The notes under the pieces were generated by a model. It did no database searches. It was not told the origin of the DNA and was given only the letters and a program-made list of their open reading frames with translations. A stretch of 63,790 nt of DNA, the filler included, from Reticulomyxa filosa (Eukaryota > Protista > Foraminifera), in assembly GCA_000512085.1 (NCBI GenBank). It is 15 parts of 15 records of this genome, joined end to end, with 100 filler letters (N's around TTAATTAATTAA, not from the genome) between each part and the next. Parts side by side here need not be neighbours in the genome. Positions count along the whole stretch, not along the records: positions 23,288 to 26,040 come from ASPP01026083.1; positions 26,141 to 27,764 come from ASPP01042762.1; positions 27,865 to 30,222 come from ASPP01040711.1; positions 30,323 to 32,910 come from ASPP01006749.1; positions 33,011 to 36,818 come from ASPP01002706.1; positions 36,919 to 42,925 come from ASPP01004736.1; 9 more parts are not named here. One strand, given 5' to 3'. Made by a program: the position numbers and the translations under genes. Below, piece by piece: positions 25,445 through 38,663 of the stretch (position 1 is the first letter of the stretch; the number at the start of each line of letters is the position of its first letter).

Positions 25445-26040
25445 AAATATTAAAATTCAGAAATTTTTTTAAGATGATATAATTTGATTGAAGATGTCAG
25501 GTGAGCTGAGGAATTGCAATTATTATTAAAAAAAATCAAAAGAAATCACAATGGACAAAACAAGTAAAATTTGAGGCAAGTATCAAACATTTGTAATAAA
25601 ATATGCCACAAACTTGGCATTGTTTGACTTCACTCTTGCAGACACCGCAACCACCACAGCCACTTTCCAATTGCTTGACAGACAGGTATTTGATTCTTTG
25701 GAGCACTATGTTATATACGTGTGTAGTCATCATACGTGTTTCAAATGTTTTTCAATCACATTATTAAAAAATTATAACTTGGAAACATAGGTTGCGCAGC
25801 TCACCACTTTCAATCAATTATGAGCACGTTACACGGATGTGGACCTCCACATTTTTTTTTCAAATTATATGTTATTCAAAGTAGAATACCATGACCCATA
25901 ATCGATTCACGCCATTGCTATTCTATTGCCATTTTTGCTGTGGATTCACTTCAGCACCAATGACAATATTGACAGCAACAACTTGTAATTTCCATTTGCA
26001 CACCTTTAAATATCTATTCAAAAATTTCAAGCAACACATA
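25445..26040 (+). pseudogene. Decayed intron-containing gene copy, paralogous to 28375-28955
   Basis: About 600 bp colinear with the reverse complement of 28375-28955 (e.g. TATAACTTGGAAACATAGGTTG.GCAGCTCACCACTTT; ATTCACTTCAGCACCAAT). Conserved CAG|GTATT donor and CATAG acceptor; frames are broken. Confidence 0.6.
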
Positions 26041-27899
26041 NNNNNNNNNNNNNNNNNNNNNNNNNNNNNNNNNNNNNNNNNNNNTTAATTAATTAANNNN
26101 NNNNNNNNNNNNNNNNNNNNNNNNNNNNNNNNNNNNNNNNAGAAAGATGGAAAATAAAGTAGGGACATCATTATGAAAGAAAGGCATCTAATAAAAGTGT
26201 TAAATACATTTTCGTTAATACAAAAATTTCAATTGAAAAAATTCTAGTTCGATTTAATTTGTCAAAAATATTGCATTTTGTTCTAGTGTAATTTTTTATT
26301 TTTATTTTTTTTATTGGTTTCCACAGAAAGAAAAAAAATCCTGAAAAATGTTAATGTAATATTGTTTTTGATTTTCTCGGAAGGAACGCATATTCCTCTT
26401 CGAAACTTTGTTACGATTTTTCGGACTGGTAATGTGCGGGTTGCATTGTGTAAATTCAGGCTGCGCAGTGTCAAAAAATTGTTATTCATCACACTAATGG
26501 ATGTAGCCACTCCAGGTATATCTTCGATGTTTATTGTTATCATTATTGCCATTATCATCTCTTTCTTCTTCTTCTCCTGGAAGTAAACGACGTCGATTAA
26601 CACCGCATTACATTCACAACTTCAATGAACCTGGAGTACATCATTGCCAACTGACTGTGACTGTGGTGCAGACGCCGAGACTTCTAGAGGCTAAGGTCAG
26701 CTTTAGGTAATACAAATCTGTTGACTGATTGTAACGTGCTATTCACATTCATCACAGATCGTGTGTCGAACGAGCTCCCGCACATGTCGAAAGACAGCCA
26801 CGTCTGCTTCTTCGTGATCGTAAACTTGATGTCAGTCAAATAATTGGTACAGTCGATGCATTAGATCGTCAGTGTTATCTTTCCGTCTCAAATGTAAGTC
26901 GCACATGCATCTACCACCATCTGCGAAAATGTCATCAAATCGTCGTCATCTCTTGACTTTACTCCGCACGACAGCGCTGCTTCTCCTTTCGTGCAGCTAC
27001 TCAGTCAATACTTGTCGTCAAGTTTGTAGCGTGTTTATATTATTCCGCTGATCTGAGTATCATGATTTTTTTTAAAAATAACAAGTACATATTTTTTAAA
27101 AAAATATAAGATATAAAATACTTATATACGTATGTACTTGTCTTTTAAAAAAAAATTAAGAATGAATCAAACTTATTTGATAATTGGTAGCCAGGAACAT
27201 AAGTTGATGACAAATTGCAGATTAGCTAACTACCAGAATTGTAGCAATATACAAACCGTTTGTATTTTTAATAGCAATACCATCACCAGGAATCGCAGAT
27301 GATGGAGTGACGCCCGTAGATGACACCATCATACAACAAGTAGTAAATGTGGGCAAAGCGATTGTGCAAGTGAGGGAATTGCAATGAGTAGTCCAATAAG
27401 ACTTGATCGCGCCAATATGCTCCACAACAATCATCTTTGAACATCACACCTACCATTTATTTGAACAAATTTAAACATTCTCTTTTAAGAGAACAATAGT
27501 CCTGGCAATTTTCCAGGAAGGATCATACAATTAATCTAATTTTGTGGTTGTATATTTAGTAGTAAGTAGTAGCATTGGAAAAATTATGGGGGAAAACAAA
27601 TCCATACGTATAAATACGCTACTAAGGATCACTAGAAATTTTGTGAACAGAAAAAAAATAATTTCTTTTCCCTTTATCCCTTAAGAGTTTGTCTGGTTTT
27701 ATTGATAAAATGAACAGCTCAAGCAGATGTATAATTTTTGTTTTGTTTTGTTTTTGTACAAAAANNNNNNNNNNNNNNNNNNNNNNNNNNNNNNNNNNNN
27801 NNNNNNNNTTAATTAATTAANNNNNNNNNNNNNNNNNNNNNNNNNNNNNNNNNNNNNNNNNNNNTTATTTTTCAATCAAAACAAAAGCTTGGATATTGC

Positions 27900-28955
27900 A
27901 ATGTGTTGACGGCGCTGGGTCCTGCTGAGTGGATACATGGCAATATTTTATATCAGCAGACGAGCCCCTCTCTCTCTCTACTATCAACTCTCTCAAAGAA
28001 CTCGCCGCTGTGGATACGAACAAGCTTTTCAGTTTCCAAAAACCGAATTCGAAAATTGGAAGGGTCTGCCATCGACAAGATCGCCACCCAAAAAAATGGC
28101 ATCTCTAGGGAAAGAGACTTTCAATGATACAAGCTTCCCCCAAGTCAGTTCAATTGTCCAAAAATAATGGGATACTTGGTGGAACATTATCATTGAAATC
28201 AATGCGCGTTCCAACACAAAGAACTCAAGTTATTTGGTTAGTAATTTGTGCAGCTGTCTATTTCCTGTTATCTGATGCTATAATTTGTGCTTGGGTCCAT
28301 TACTAAAAAGTTTTTTTTTATATGTACATATTTAATATTTAACATCTTTATACGTACATGTATTATTTATTTATATGTGGTATGTATTGCTTGAAATCTT
28401 TGAATAGATATTCAAAGACGTGCAAATGGAGATATACAAGTTGTTGCTGTTAACATTGCTATTGGTGCTGAAGTGAATTTCCAGCAAAAATGGCAATAGT
28501 AATAGCAATGGCATGCATCGATTATGGGCCATTGTATTATGTTTTGCATAACATATAATTTGGGGGGAAATGTGGAGGTCCATATCGTGCTCATGATTAA
28601 TCGAAAGTGGTGAGCTGCACAACCTATGTTTCCAAGTTATAATATTTTTTTATAATATGATTGGAAAACATTTGAAGCACGTATGATGAATACACACATA
28701 TATAACATAGGACCAATACCTGTCTCGAGCAATTGAAAAGTGGCTGTTGGGTTGTGGTGCCAGCAAAGTTCAAACAACTCCAAGTGATGGCATGTTCGAT
28801 TGCAAGTATTTGACTTGCCTCAAATTTTTGCTCAAAAAGTGGAATTGTAGTTTGTTTGTATTTTTGGAATAATTTTAAAATTTCCAAGTCTTCAGCACCG
28901 ATATCTTTCTCATTCAATTAAATATCTCGTACAAAATTTCTGAATTTAAATATTT
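27900..28955 (-). pseudogene. Decayed multi-exon gene copy, paralogous to 25445-26040
   Basis: Exon-like ORF 28624-28917 ends at a GT donor. Following segments contain many stops and frame changes. Direct sequence similarity to 25445-26040. Confidence 0.55.
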
Positions 28956-30322
28956 GAGTTTTTGCTGAGGCTATCTAGGCCAATTGTGCAGCAACCAATT
29001 ACGAACAACTTTTCCTAGAGCCAAAAAAACAATAAATATTTCATAACTGCAAAACTAGATCTTCACAAATTGTTAAAAAATATTGAAAATATCTAAGCTT
29101 TTTGAAATTTTATTTGAAAATTGAATAAATTCAAAGTTCATTTGAACAAAAAACAAAACATTCGGTGGTCACTTTTCCAAAGAAATATCGCCTTCCACCA
29201 TATCAAAAAAACAGATTAAAATTGGAGTCACATAATTTTGGTTTACTTTCCTTTTAATTTTGAAGGTCGTTGGAACCCTTCACTAAATTTTTTGTCATCC
29301 TTGATGCAAGAACAAGCCCCAAAATTAAAGTTTTTTTTTTACCAAATACGGCGATGTTTGGATTACATATTTTCCACTTTGAACATCAGGGATTTATAAG
29401 AACAATTTCCAAAGGAAATAGAAACAGGCACTAGCCGCCAAAATGTGCAACATGAGTAATTCTGTCAGGTGTGTTTTGCAACACATGATTCATTTTATTT
29501 TTATGGTTTAAACCTCGCATGTCCGCGATCACCTCAAGCTGTAGCCTTTTGTAATCCATATACAACGCAAGCATGTCCAAAAAGCACGCGGCAAAGACGA
29601 CAGGAAAAAGAGACATTATGTCTCTTTTTTTCTGCCACAAAAAACATAACAAAATTCACACAAGTATAAATACATTTATGTATATACTTATACGTACGCA
29701 TATATACAAAAAAATAAACGATACAAAACTATTCAATTTTGATTGATAGCATAGACTCTGTATATCATTGTTTCAATAGACCATAGAAAATCAAAGCCTG
29801 ACAATGCATATATACAGCTGCAGCCGACAAAAGCATTGTCGTCATTAATAATTTTGTATAACCAATCGCTGATGCGATTATTATATTCACTTTTTTTTTA
29901 AATCAGTTTGTGTCCACCAATTATACTCTAACATTTTGGGCTCGTTATTTTTTGATAGTGCTTGCACTTTATCACGGCTTTTGTCATAATGGTAGTGGTA
30001 TGAAAATACCACTGCCAAGTTACCAAGCACTCCTCCACTTACATACATCAACCAAAAAATTCGACCTTTTTGAATGAATTGAATGAGGGGGGGAGGGGAA
30101 AAAAAAAGATAGTGTCAAAAGTTTGTGTTCAAGGAAGGGCAAGATTAAAAAGAGTGAAAAATAAAATAAATAAATAAAAACAAACCAATGTATGGTATTA
30201 AATGTAGCCCTTGACTGGCAAGNNNNNNNNNNNNNNNNNNNNNNNNNNNNNNNNNNNNNNNNNNNNTTAATTAATTAANNNNNNNNNNNNNNNNNNNNNN
30301 NNNNNNNNNNNNNNNNNNNNNN

Positions 30323-32910
30323 GAATGGCTTGCTGCTTATTATTTGGTCAATTGTTTGTATCAATCCAATGAATCGGACAATCATCAACAAGTATGCTCT
30401 GTTTTGATCAATCAACAAGTGGCTCCAAAGTATGCCGTGATGATTCCATTCATGTGTGGAATATTGTATAACAATATCATTTCCAAGAGAGATCCATTGG
30501 GATCAGGTTTATTATATTTTTGGAAATTGCTGCATTCATCGCCACCTCAAATTGTTCCAATTCATCAAGTGATGTTACATATGCATTGTTTGGATGCTTG
30601 CAAAGCAGACACAGATAGTCCATTTCTTTCATCGAAACTCCAAACTTGTCATAAAATACTTGTCCGTTCATTCAAGTCGTGGATCGATTTTGACAATGCT
30701 TATCGCTTGAATGACGTGGTGAAATTGCACATTTTCAATTTCCAATATCTTGTGCGTCATCGAGACATTCACACATGTGTCATCGATCAAGTGAAGATGA
30801 TTCAAGCCCGAGTGGATACGCTCGATAAATATGTGCTGATAAGTCATCGCTTGGATGTTTTGGAGTATTTGTGCATTTCCACGGAAACCACAAACATTGT
30901 GGTGCAATGTTGCAAGCAAGGCTTTCGACAATCGAAAAAAGACGTATTTCAATTATATGCAGATTTGCTTTGTCGAATATCAATGAAGTTGAATGAAAGA
31001 CAATTGGATGATGTGATACAATTGTTCATGGATGGACTTGCTGACAATGATGCAAATGTTCATAAGACCTGTGCGGAAGCACTTGCAAAAATAGCATTGA
31101 ACTTGAATGAAAGACAACTGAACAAAGCGTTTGATTTTTTAATCAACGCTTTTGAGAGTGGCAAATTTTCAGTCTGTGAAGACTGTGCACATACACTCAC
31201 AACTATTGCATTGCCACTGAAGACGAGCCAGTTGGACAATACCTTTGAATGTTTGATGAATAGATTCTACGTATACTTTTACAATGCACGTGCGACTCCA
31301 TTGTTAATGAAATTGAAAGAACAACAATTGACACGAATTTTTGAATGCTCGATCAATGGAGTCTCCGACAAAACCAAAGGTCGAAATGCCCGCAGAGAAT
31401 GCGTACGGTCAATTGGATTGCTTGCAATGAAATGGAATGAAAAACAATTGAATAACGCCTTTAATTCTTTAATGATGATATTAAATGATGCACATGAAGA
31501 AAGCTGGCTACGTATGGCAAGTATGGAGCCACTTGCGACCATAGCAATACATTTGGATGAGAAGAAATTTGATAGTGTATTTCAATGGCTGCTAAACAGA
31601 CTAAAGGATAAAACATGCCATCATTCATATATACAAGCACTCGGGATACTGTCAAAGAAATGGAATAAAAAACAATTGGATATTATTTTCCAGTTTGTGT
31701 TGAGTGGCTTTCAGAATATTACTGGATATGAGTGTGAAATATCGAGTCATGTGCTGAAAGAAATGGCAATGAAATTGAATGAAACGCAGATTGATATCCT
31801 TTTCACCTGTTTTATCGATACATTGAAAGGTAAGAATAAATTTATTCAACAGCGGTGCATGCAATCCATTGAGTATCTCTCGAAGAAATTGAACAAAAGA
31901 CATTTAGATGATGCGTTTCCATATTTGGCAAGTGGCACGACTAATGAAGATGCACGTGTTCGTGCCTTATGTACAAAAGCACTGTCAGCAGTCTCCACGA
32001 AATTGAATGAGCAACAACTGGAAAAGGCTGCAAAGATATTTTTAAATGGGTTGAAAGATGAGGATAGCCATGTTCGTGTATTATGTGCAAGATCACTCGA
32101 AACTATTTCTGCGGAATTGAAAGGGAGTCTATTGGAGGAAGCGTTTGATGCTTTGATGAATGTTTGCAAAAGTCTGATAGATACACCCAATGACACTGAG
32201 GAAGACATTATGTGCACAAAGGCACTCCAAAGAATATCCGCAAAATTGAGTGATCAACAGTTATACGTTTTGATGAAAAATTTTCTAGAAAGAGCCAAAA
32301 AGAGATTTACGTGGTGTGTGGGATATGCATTGTCCGAAATGCCTGAAGAAATGTGGAGACGATTGTCCATTTTTATGTTGAATGAAAGTGGCGCTCGATT
32401 GAAAGTGATAAAAAAAAGGAGGATAAGTCGGTGACTGAAAAACCGGTATATGACGAACATGAAAGCAATTCCATTTGGAAAAAGCTATTTAAAACTAAGC
32501 AAGGGACGAGAAAAGAAACAATCATAGAAAATAAACCGACTCAAATGTGTGAAAGCAAAAAAGAAACTGACTCTAAATCTGATGTAGAAATGGAGTTATT
32601 AGCATTTGGTTTGTTACGCTTTAGTCCTCGCATACAATTGAATTGCGACGACGATGCTATCACTTTGGATGCCCTCAATGAGTTACTATATTATTGCAAT
32701 AAACAGGCCGTTAAATTGGGCTTTCCACCTCATCAGTCAAAATGGAGCCATAATGATCACATCCCATTTCCCTGTCTGAATAACGATGTCTTATTGAAAT
32801 TACAGAGTTCCAATAATAGAAATACGTACAAAGAACATTACACTGCCATTCATGAAGCAGCAAGATCAGGAGACTTGAAACAATTCCAATTGGCATTGCA
32901 AAATCATCCT
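30323..32910 (+). CDS. NACHT-associated HEAT-repeat protein with C-terminal ankyrin start (NLR-like; truncated at both ends)
   Basis: Opens with EWLAAYYL (end of the NACHT winged-helix FxHxTFQEx.AA motif). It has about 10 HEAT repeats (KLNEKQLD.AF..L...L.D....VR..CA..L) and ends in ankyrin-like TAIHEAARSGDL. One frame break at the A8 run 32410-32417. Confidence 0.8.
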
Positions 32911-33573
32911 NNNNNNNNNNNNNNNNNNNNNNNNNNNNNNNNNNNNNNNNNNNNTTAATTAATTAANNNNNNNNNNNNNNNNNNNNNNNNNNNNNNNNNN
33001 NNNNNNNNNNAAAAAAAAAAAATTTTTTTTTTCATTTGGTAAACTTTTGATTTTGGATATCCTTATTCTTAAAGATTAGAGAAAAAAAAAACAAAACAAA
33101 TTCTTGGCTGCGTCGTTAATTTTGCCATAATAGTTGCATTGAATAAGAGCCCTAAGTAGCAAATGTGAGCGTCAGCATCATCACCAAATACAACTTAACG
33201 TGATAGTGCACAGCTGTTTGCAGGACCAAACACACAAACAAAGAAGTAAAGAACGATATTGAGACAAGGGTAACATGTGTCTGGTTTTATTTGATGTAGA
33301 AAATAAAAAGTGAGCAAACGAAACTTACAATAAATTAAATTATTTTACCAATAAATGCACACGGACAAGGTTGTCACTTTTAACCTCATTCTTTTCAACT
33401 CTTTTTGGTAAGCTGTCTGTTTATCATTGCACAAATTATACGTTGCAAATCAATTAACATTGCATTTGACAATCAATATTTTGCATCAAGGGTTTTGTAT
33501 ATCTTCACCTGTTTTTTTTTTTGTTGATGATTTTAAGGTAAATTTAAATTAATCATCCTTAAGAGCGGTTTTT

Positions 33574-33858
33574 TTATTTTGCTTTGTATACATTGCTTTT
33601 GGCAAATTGTTTATGCACTGTGCCAACAATGACGCCTCCAAAGATGGTTGCAACATTACAATACTGAATTCCTTTGGCCTCGTTTGATCCTTTAGCATCT
33701 TGGAAACTCATTGAAATGAAAGATGTGATCAAAAAACATAAATTCATTCCATTCGCTTTGTTCACCGAAATACGAACAGATTCCGTCTGAGTTCCAGAAT
33801 TGTTCGCCAAAGCTGTGGATGCATCAACTGAAGGTGTTATTTGCGGGAGGTTATTCAT
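33574..33858 (-). CDS. Hypothetical protein exon(s), possibly degenerate
   Basis: ORF MNNLPQITPSVDASTALANNSGTQ... with coding-like composition followed by intron-like sequence. No recognised domain. Confidence 0.3.
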   Translation of the reverse strand: MNNLPQITPSVDASTALANNSGTQTESVRISVNKANGMNLCFLITSFISMSFQDAKGSNEAKGIQYCNVATIFGGVIVGTVHKQFAKSNVYKAK

Positions 33859-34222
33859 GTTGAACAAGAAAGAAGATACTTGATAACGTAAAAAAAAAAA
33901 CAACCCCCACAAAATATTATTGAGAAGAGTCCTTTTTTGATTATACTGTTACGCAACTTTTGAAAGCCAATCATTTTGGGTACGAATTGTAACATTCACT
34001 TCAAACAAACAAAAACTTTTGCGAGAGTTCTTAATTGTGAGTCGCAACACAGATTAATATCACAAATACAATCATTGATTTGTTTAAAAGTTTTATTAAT
34101 TTTGTGACTACTGTTTTTTTAACCAAACAAAAGAAGATCCTGCAAAAAAAATAATTCAGTGTAAAATGTCTTTTTTCAAAAGGACGTCACGTCTCCCTTT
34201 TTTTCAAAAAAAACTTTTCAAC

Positions 34223-35478
34223 ATGGCTAATCAAACTACAGCACAAAAACCTCCTGAAAGACAAACTGATCAAAATCAACACATTCTTACTTCAACCCCC
34301 TTTCAAACTTTGAAGGAGCTGCCTACGTCGTTTTGGCAATCTCAATGTGTGTTACATAAACACGAAATCCTCATTTGTGGAGGTAGATATCAAAGGGCTT
34401 GTTATTCTTATCATACACTCAAAAACGAATATAAATTTATCTGTGAATATCCAAGTGATGTTACATTAATGGGCCATTGTGTAGTGAAACTGGTAGATAA
34501 TAACAATAAAGACATTAATGAAATCACTTTGCTGTCTTTTGGTGGAATTTATTCAGAAAAACATACATTGATGATGAAATATGTAAGTGTTTGGAGTAAT
34601 AAATCAAACAAATCAAATGAATTAAACAATTGCAATCAATGGATTCCTTTCACAGACAATCACAATCATCCAATTATTATTGGAAGAGATTATGATAATT
34701 ATGGAGGAGTGCGTGCAATAATTGGTGGAAGTAACAACCATTTGTTATTTATCACTTATTCTTCAAAAAATATTAGTGTATTTGATTTAAATACATTTCA
34801 ATTTATTAAACACGATATCTTACCAACTGATAATATATTTAATCATTGCTTTGTGTCAACTTCAGAAAATGTACAAGGACAAGAAATGATAAAAACAATA
34901 AACAAAATTATCAAATGCTATTATTTTCTTTCAATATCGGATTATCAATTGAATATGATGAAGATAACAACACTTTTCGATTTCATCCACTAACTGTTTG
35001 TAAGGATATTGCACCATTCTATCAATATGCATGTGTGTGTATCAATGATATTATCTTGTTCTTTGGTGGATACGGTTATAAAAATGGTGATTACACTTTT
35101 TCAAAATCAGTATACAAGTATTCAATTCAAACAAAAAAATGGATGTCATTTCAAAACACTTTGCCTAGTCCATTGTGTCATTGTGTTGCAATACTGAGTG
35201 AAAATGATAATCATGTGCACATCATTGGAGGACGTGAAAATATTATCTTATCGACTCACATGAAGACAAAAGTGCGCATATGGGATATTTCACAATTGGT
35301 AATTATTTATTTTTTTTTGTGATTAAATACAAATAAATTTGATTGACAAAAAATAAATAATGAACAGTCAAAAAACGAAATAAAATTTATTATTCAATAT
35401 TGGATTCGAAATTTAATGATAAAATTAGGATGGATCGATGATTTTGATCAAATTATTTTCAAATACAGTAAAAAATAA
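34223..35478 (+). CDS. Kelch-repeat beta-propeller protein (expanded family), one frameshift, one intron
   Basis: FQTLKELP...SQCVLHKHEILICGG...CYSYHTLKNEYKFICEYP and repeated GG motifs (LLSFGG, AIIGG, LFFGG, HIIGG). Frame break near 34897. Intron after WDISQL; last exon SKNEIKFIIQYWIR...LGWIDDFDQII ends at TAA 35476-35478. Confidence 0.85.
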
Positions 35479-36918
35479 ATTTTGACATATGGAGATACTT
35501 GGTGATTAATTTTTCCATGAATAAGCACAATTAAGAGATATATAAATTATCATCTTTAAATATGATTTTAATTTGATTTTTTATTTCATTTTTATTGATT
35601 TTTATAAATTTTAGGAAAATTTATATCATAACCATGAAAATTTTTATTCTTAAGAATAAGACGGTTGAATAACCAAAGTGAATAATAAATAATTCAATAA
35701 ATATCATTCAATTCTTGGAAAGATGCAACAAGTTTGGCTGTTAAACAATATGATGGAACTAGTTAAGTTCGTCAAGTATTTATAGCTTAGAGATAATTGA
35801 TTTTCTCTATGATCAATCAACATTTTAATATGTATAATGTTTTCTTCAAAAGAATTTCTAAACCAAAAAAGGTTTCATTTTGAAGATAACTTCATCATCA
35901 TGCTTAAACAACTTCAACAAAAGTTTCTCAAGATAATTGAAGAGATCATTTTAGAGGCATCCAATTTATGTATCCAAAACGTCAAAAAGATTTTAACAAG
36001 ACCAACAGAGGACACGTTACAAAATATTTATGTATCTGTCTTTTTTGTAACAATAATACAATAAATATGTTTTTAACAAGCTATTGTCCACACATATTTC
36101 AACAGCACAAATTTACAACATTAATATATCTTAAATGTGAATTTGACAAATGCAGTATTGTTGAATATGAACGAATGAAAACAATCCAAATGAATTGATA
36201 TTAAATGATAATATTAAATTAATTGAAGATATTATTCAGGAATATATTGAAGTACATTGCATTGAATAAAATTTCTTCTTCACTATTTTCGTGGACGTGT
36301 TGAATTGTGACAAACGAGCAAATCTTTTTTTGCAATGTAAGACAAGTTCTTTGAAAGAAATATTATACACAGCGTCAAGTATGTAATCGTATTAAATTTG
36401 GAGTGAAAATCTAATATCCAAATATCGGACGCATTCACTCCGCTTAAGCAATGCAACATATTTTATTACAACTGCTTTCTTTCACACTTTGGCAGCTAAA
36501 CTTTGGCTTATTCATTTGATAATTTCGAACTAAGACAACATTATATTTTTTTTTGCTCTTTTTTTTCATTCGATTATATTGGACAACAAAGAAGAGATTA
36601 TAATGTAACTGATGATTTTTTTCTTCGATTATCCAGTAGATTGCAAAAAAAACTAACATACATAAATGGCACTATATGAAGAGAATCGATTTTCTCCATG
36701 AAAAATAAAGATTTAAACCTAATTTTTTTTTTTTAAATATACTAATCTTGTAGTTTTTAAATATGAAATTGGTTTTATGATAAGTTTTTTCTATGTTGAT
36801 CAAAAATATGATTTTTTGNNNNNNNNNNNNNNNNNNNNNNNNNNNNNNNNNNNNNNNNNNNNTTAATTAATTAANNNNNNNNNNNNNNNNNNNNNNNNNN
36901 NNNNNNNNNNNNNNNNNN

Positions 36919-37040
36919 TTTAGTTGTTTTCTTTCATTGAGTTGCAATTATTCTCGTTAATTTACTTTCCTTTTCCTAAAATTACTTTTCGGAACTAAGT
37001 TCCTTTCGTATTACACTTAGTCTCCTCAATATTCCTACAG
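36919..37040. repeat. Dispersed TIR-like repeat end; second copy at about 48893-49070
   Basis: CGGAACTAAGTTCCTTTCGTATTACACTTAGTCTCC matches CGGGACTAAGTTCTTTCATATTACACTAAGTCTCAC at about 49026-49060. Ends CAATATTCCTACAG|TA. Confidence 0.55.
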
Positions 37041-38663
37041 TATTTTTCAAAAATATGAAAATATATTTGTTGAAATAAAATTAAAATATCTTTGAAAATG
37101 TGTCATGAATGCCAAGTTTGGAACATAATAATTATTTTTTATAAATTTTATTTTCTAATATTAAGTGCCAAATAAAAAACGCAAAATAATTGTTGTTGAA
37201 AGATAGAAGCAATAATTGAAATAAAAAAAACATTATGTGATTATTTAAGCAATTTTGTTTTGTTTATTTTTATGCTAAAATCATTATTTTCTTAAAAATA
37301 ACTTGTGCATTTGTACATCTCTAGCTAATTGTCTGTAATATATCTTTTCAAACACAATTGCAACGTTTTGTACAAATTAACATGATCTTGTTGAAAATGA
37401 AGACTGTGAAGCTTTGGATCAATAATAACAAATACATTAAAATAATTCAAATGTCATTACAAAGACTTCAAATCATATTGAACATTTAGTGTTCCTGTCA
37501 ATTGTTATATTACATTACTGTTTCTTGTTACTATTTTGTTTTTCGAAATCCGACGATTATTATACGTATGCATATTTAAATTAAATATGTGTACATTTAT
37601 GACAATGAGCATATTGTCAATATTAAGCAATGATATATTATCGAACAAGTCTTCGGACTTAGTGTAGATAAAAATAGAAACAAGTTGGAATGCAATCAAT
37701 ACTACGCAACTTAACAGTACAAAAATTTCATTTGTAAAATGTAAATTGCTATCACAAATTCTCTTTCGGTGCAAATATTGCAAGTGATTAGCGTTAATGT
37801 AATGATAACTTTGTTTGTTTATTTCTAGTCTTACATTTGGAAACGCAAATGTGTTTAATAATTCGTTTGTGTTTAATTCAATCACAAATTTTTATCTTAC
37901 TTTTATGCAAATTTTGTTGCAACAGCGAACTTACGTTCATATTTGCATTACATTACATTAATTGCTTAATAAACAAATTCAATATATGTAACTTAATTTG
38001 TTAAAACAATTTTTTTTAAAACTTAAATTTGATCATTCTTTCGACTTCTATCAATGAACAAATATCTCTTATGCAATACTATGACACAGTACAAAAACTA
38101 GCCTTTTATTTACATGTATTAAGTAATCACGTTAAAAAACGATTCAATCCTTTTTTTGTGAACACGTACATTAAGATATTTTTTAACGCTGTTTTCGTAG
38201 ATATTTTAGAATACTTAATGTGAATATCAACAGCATCTCTGAAGTGAAAATTTTTTTACAAAACTACAGAAAAGATATTTTGATTTTGGATTGCAATTTT
38301 ACAAACTTTGCTGAGTATATCGCGAAATAAATGCAACACGTTAATCTTACAATCATTTCCGAAAAGGCAAGAATAGCTATAGATGGAATTTGTACTGTTG
38401 AAATTGTAAATTTTGAACTCTACAAAGACATTGATATTTGATCCTTTTCAAAGGCATGTTAAAGACCAAAGACATTTTTTGAGTTCCCAATACATAGTAA
38501 GATTATTTAAAAAAATTAACACAAGATACTGTTCTTATAGGAAAAAAGGTGCGTCCCTAAAGTCAAATTTTGATTACTTTTTTTTTGTAGTTAGTTGGGA
38601 TAAAAAAAACATGACGCGGCAAATAAGCGCTGTCATCTTGCTTAATATTTGTCGGAAAACTCA

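Noticed and set aside
26141-27764. Possible gene or transposon remnant
   Set aside because: Coding-like composition, but stops in all frames and no motif I can identify.
28381-28560. Plus-strand NIAIGAEVN...NSNG as a non-LTR retrotransposon endonuclease motif
   Set aside because: The resemblance is weak, and conserved splice sites indicate that the opposite strand was coding.
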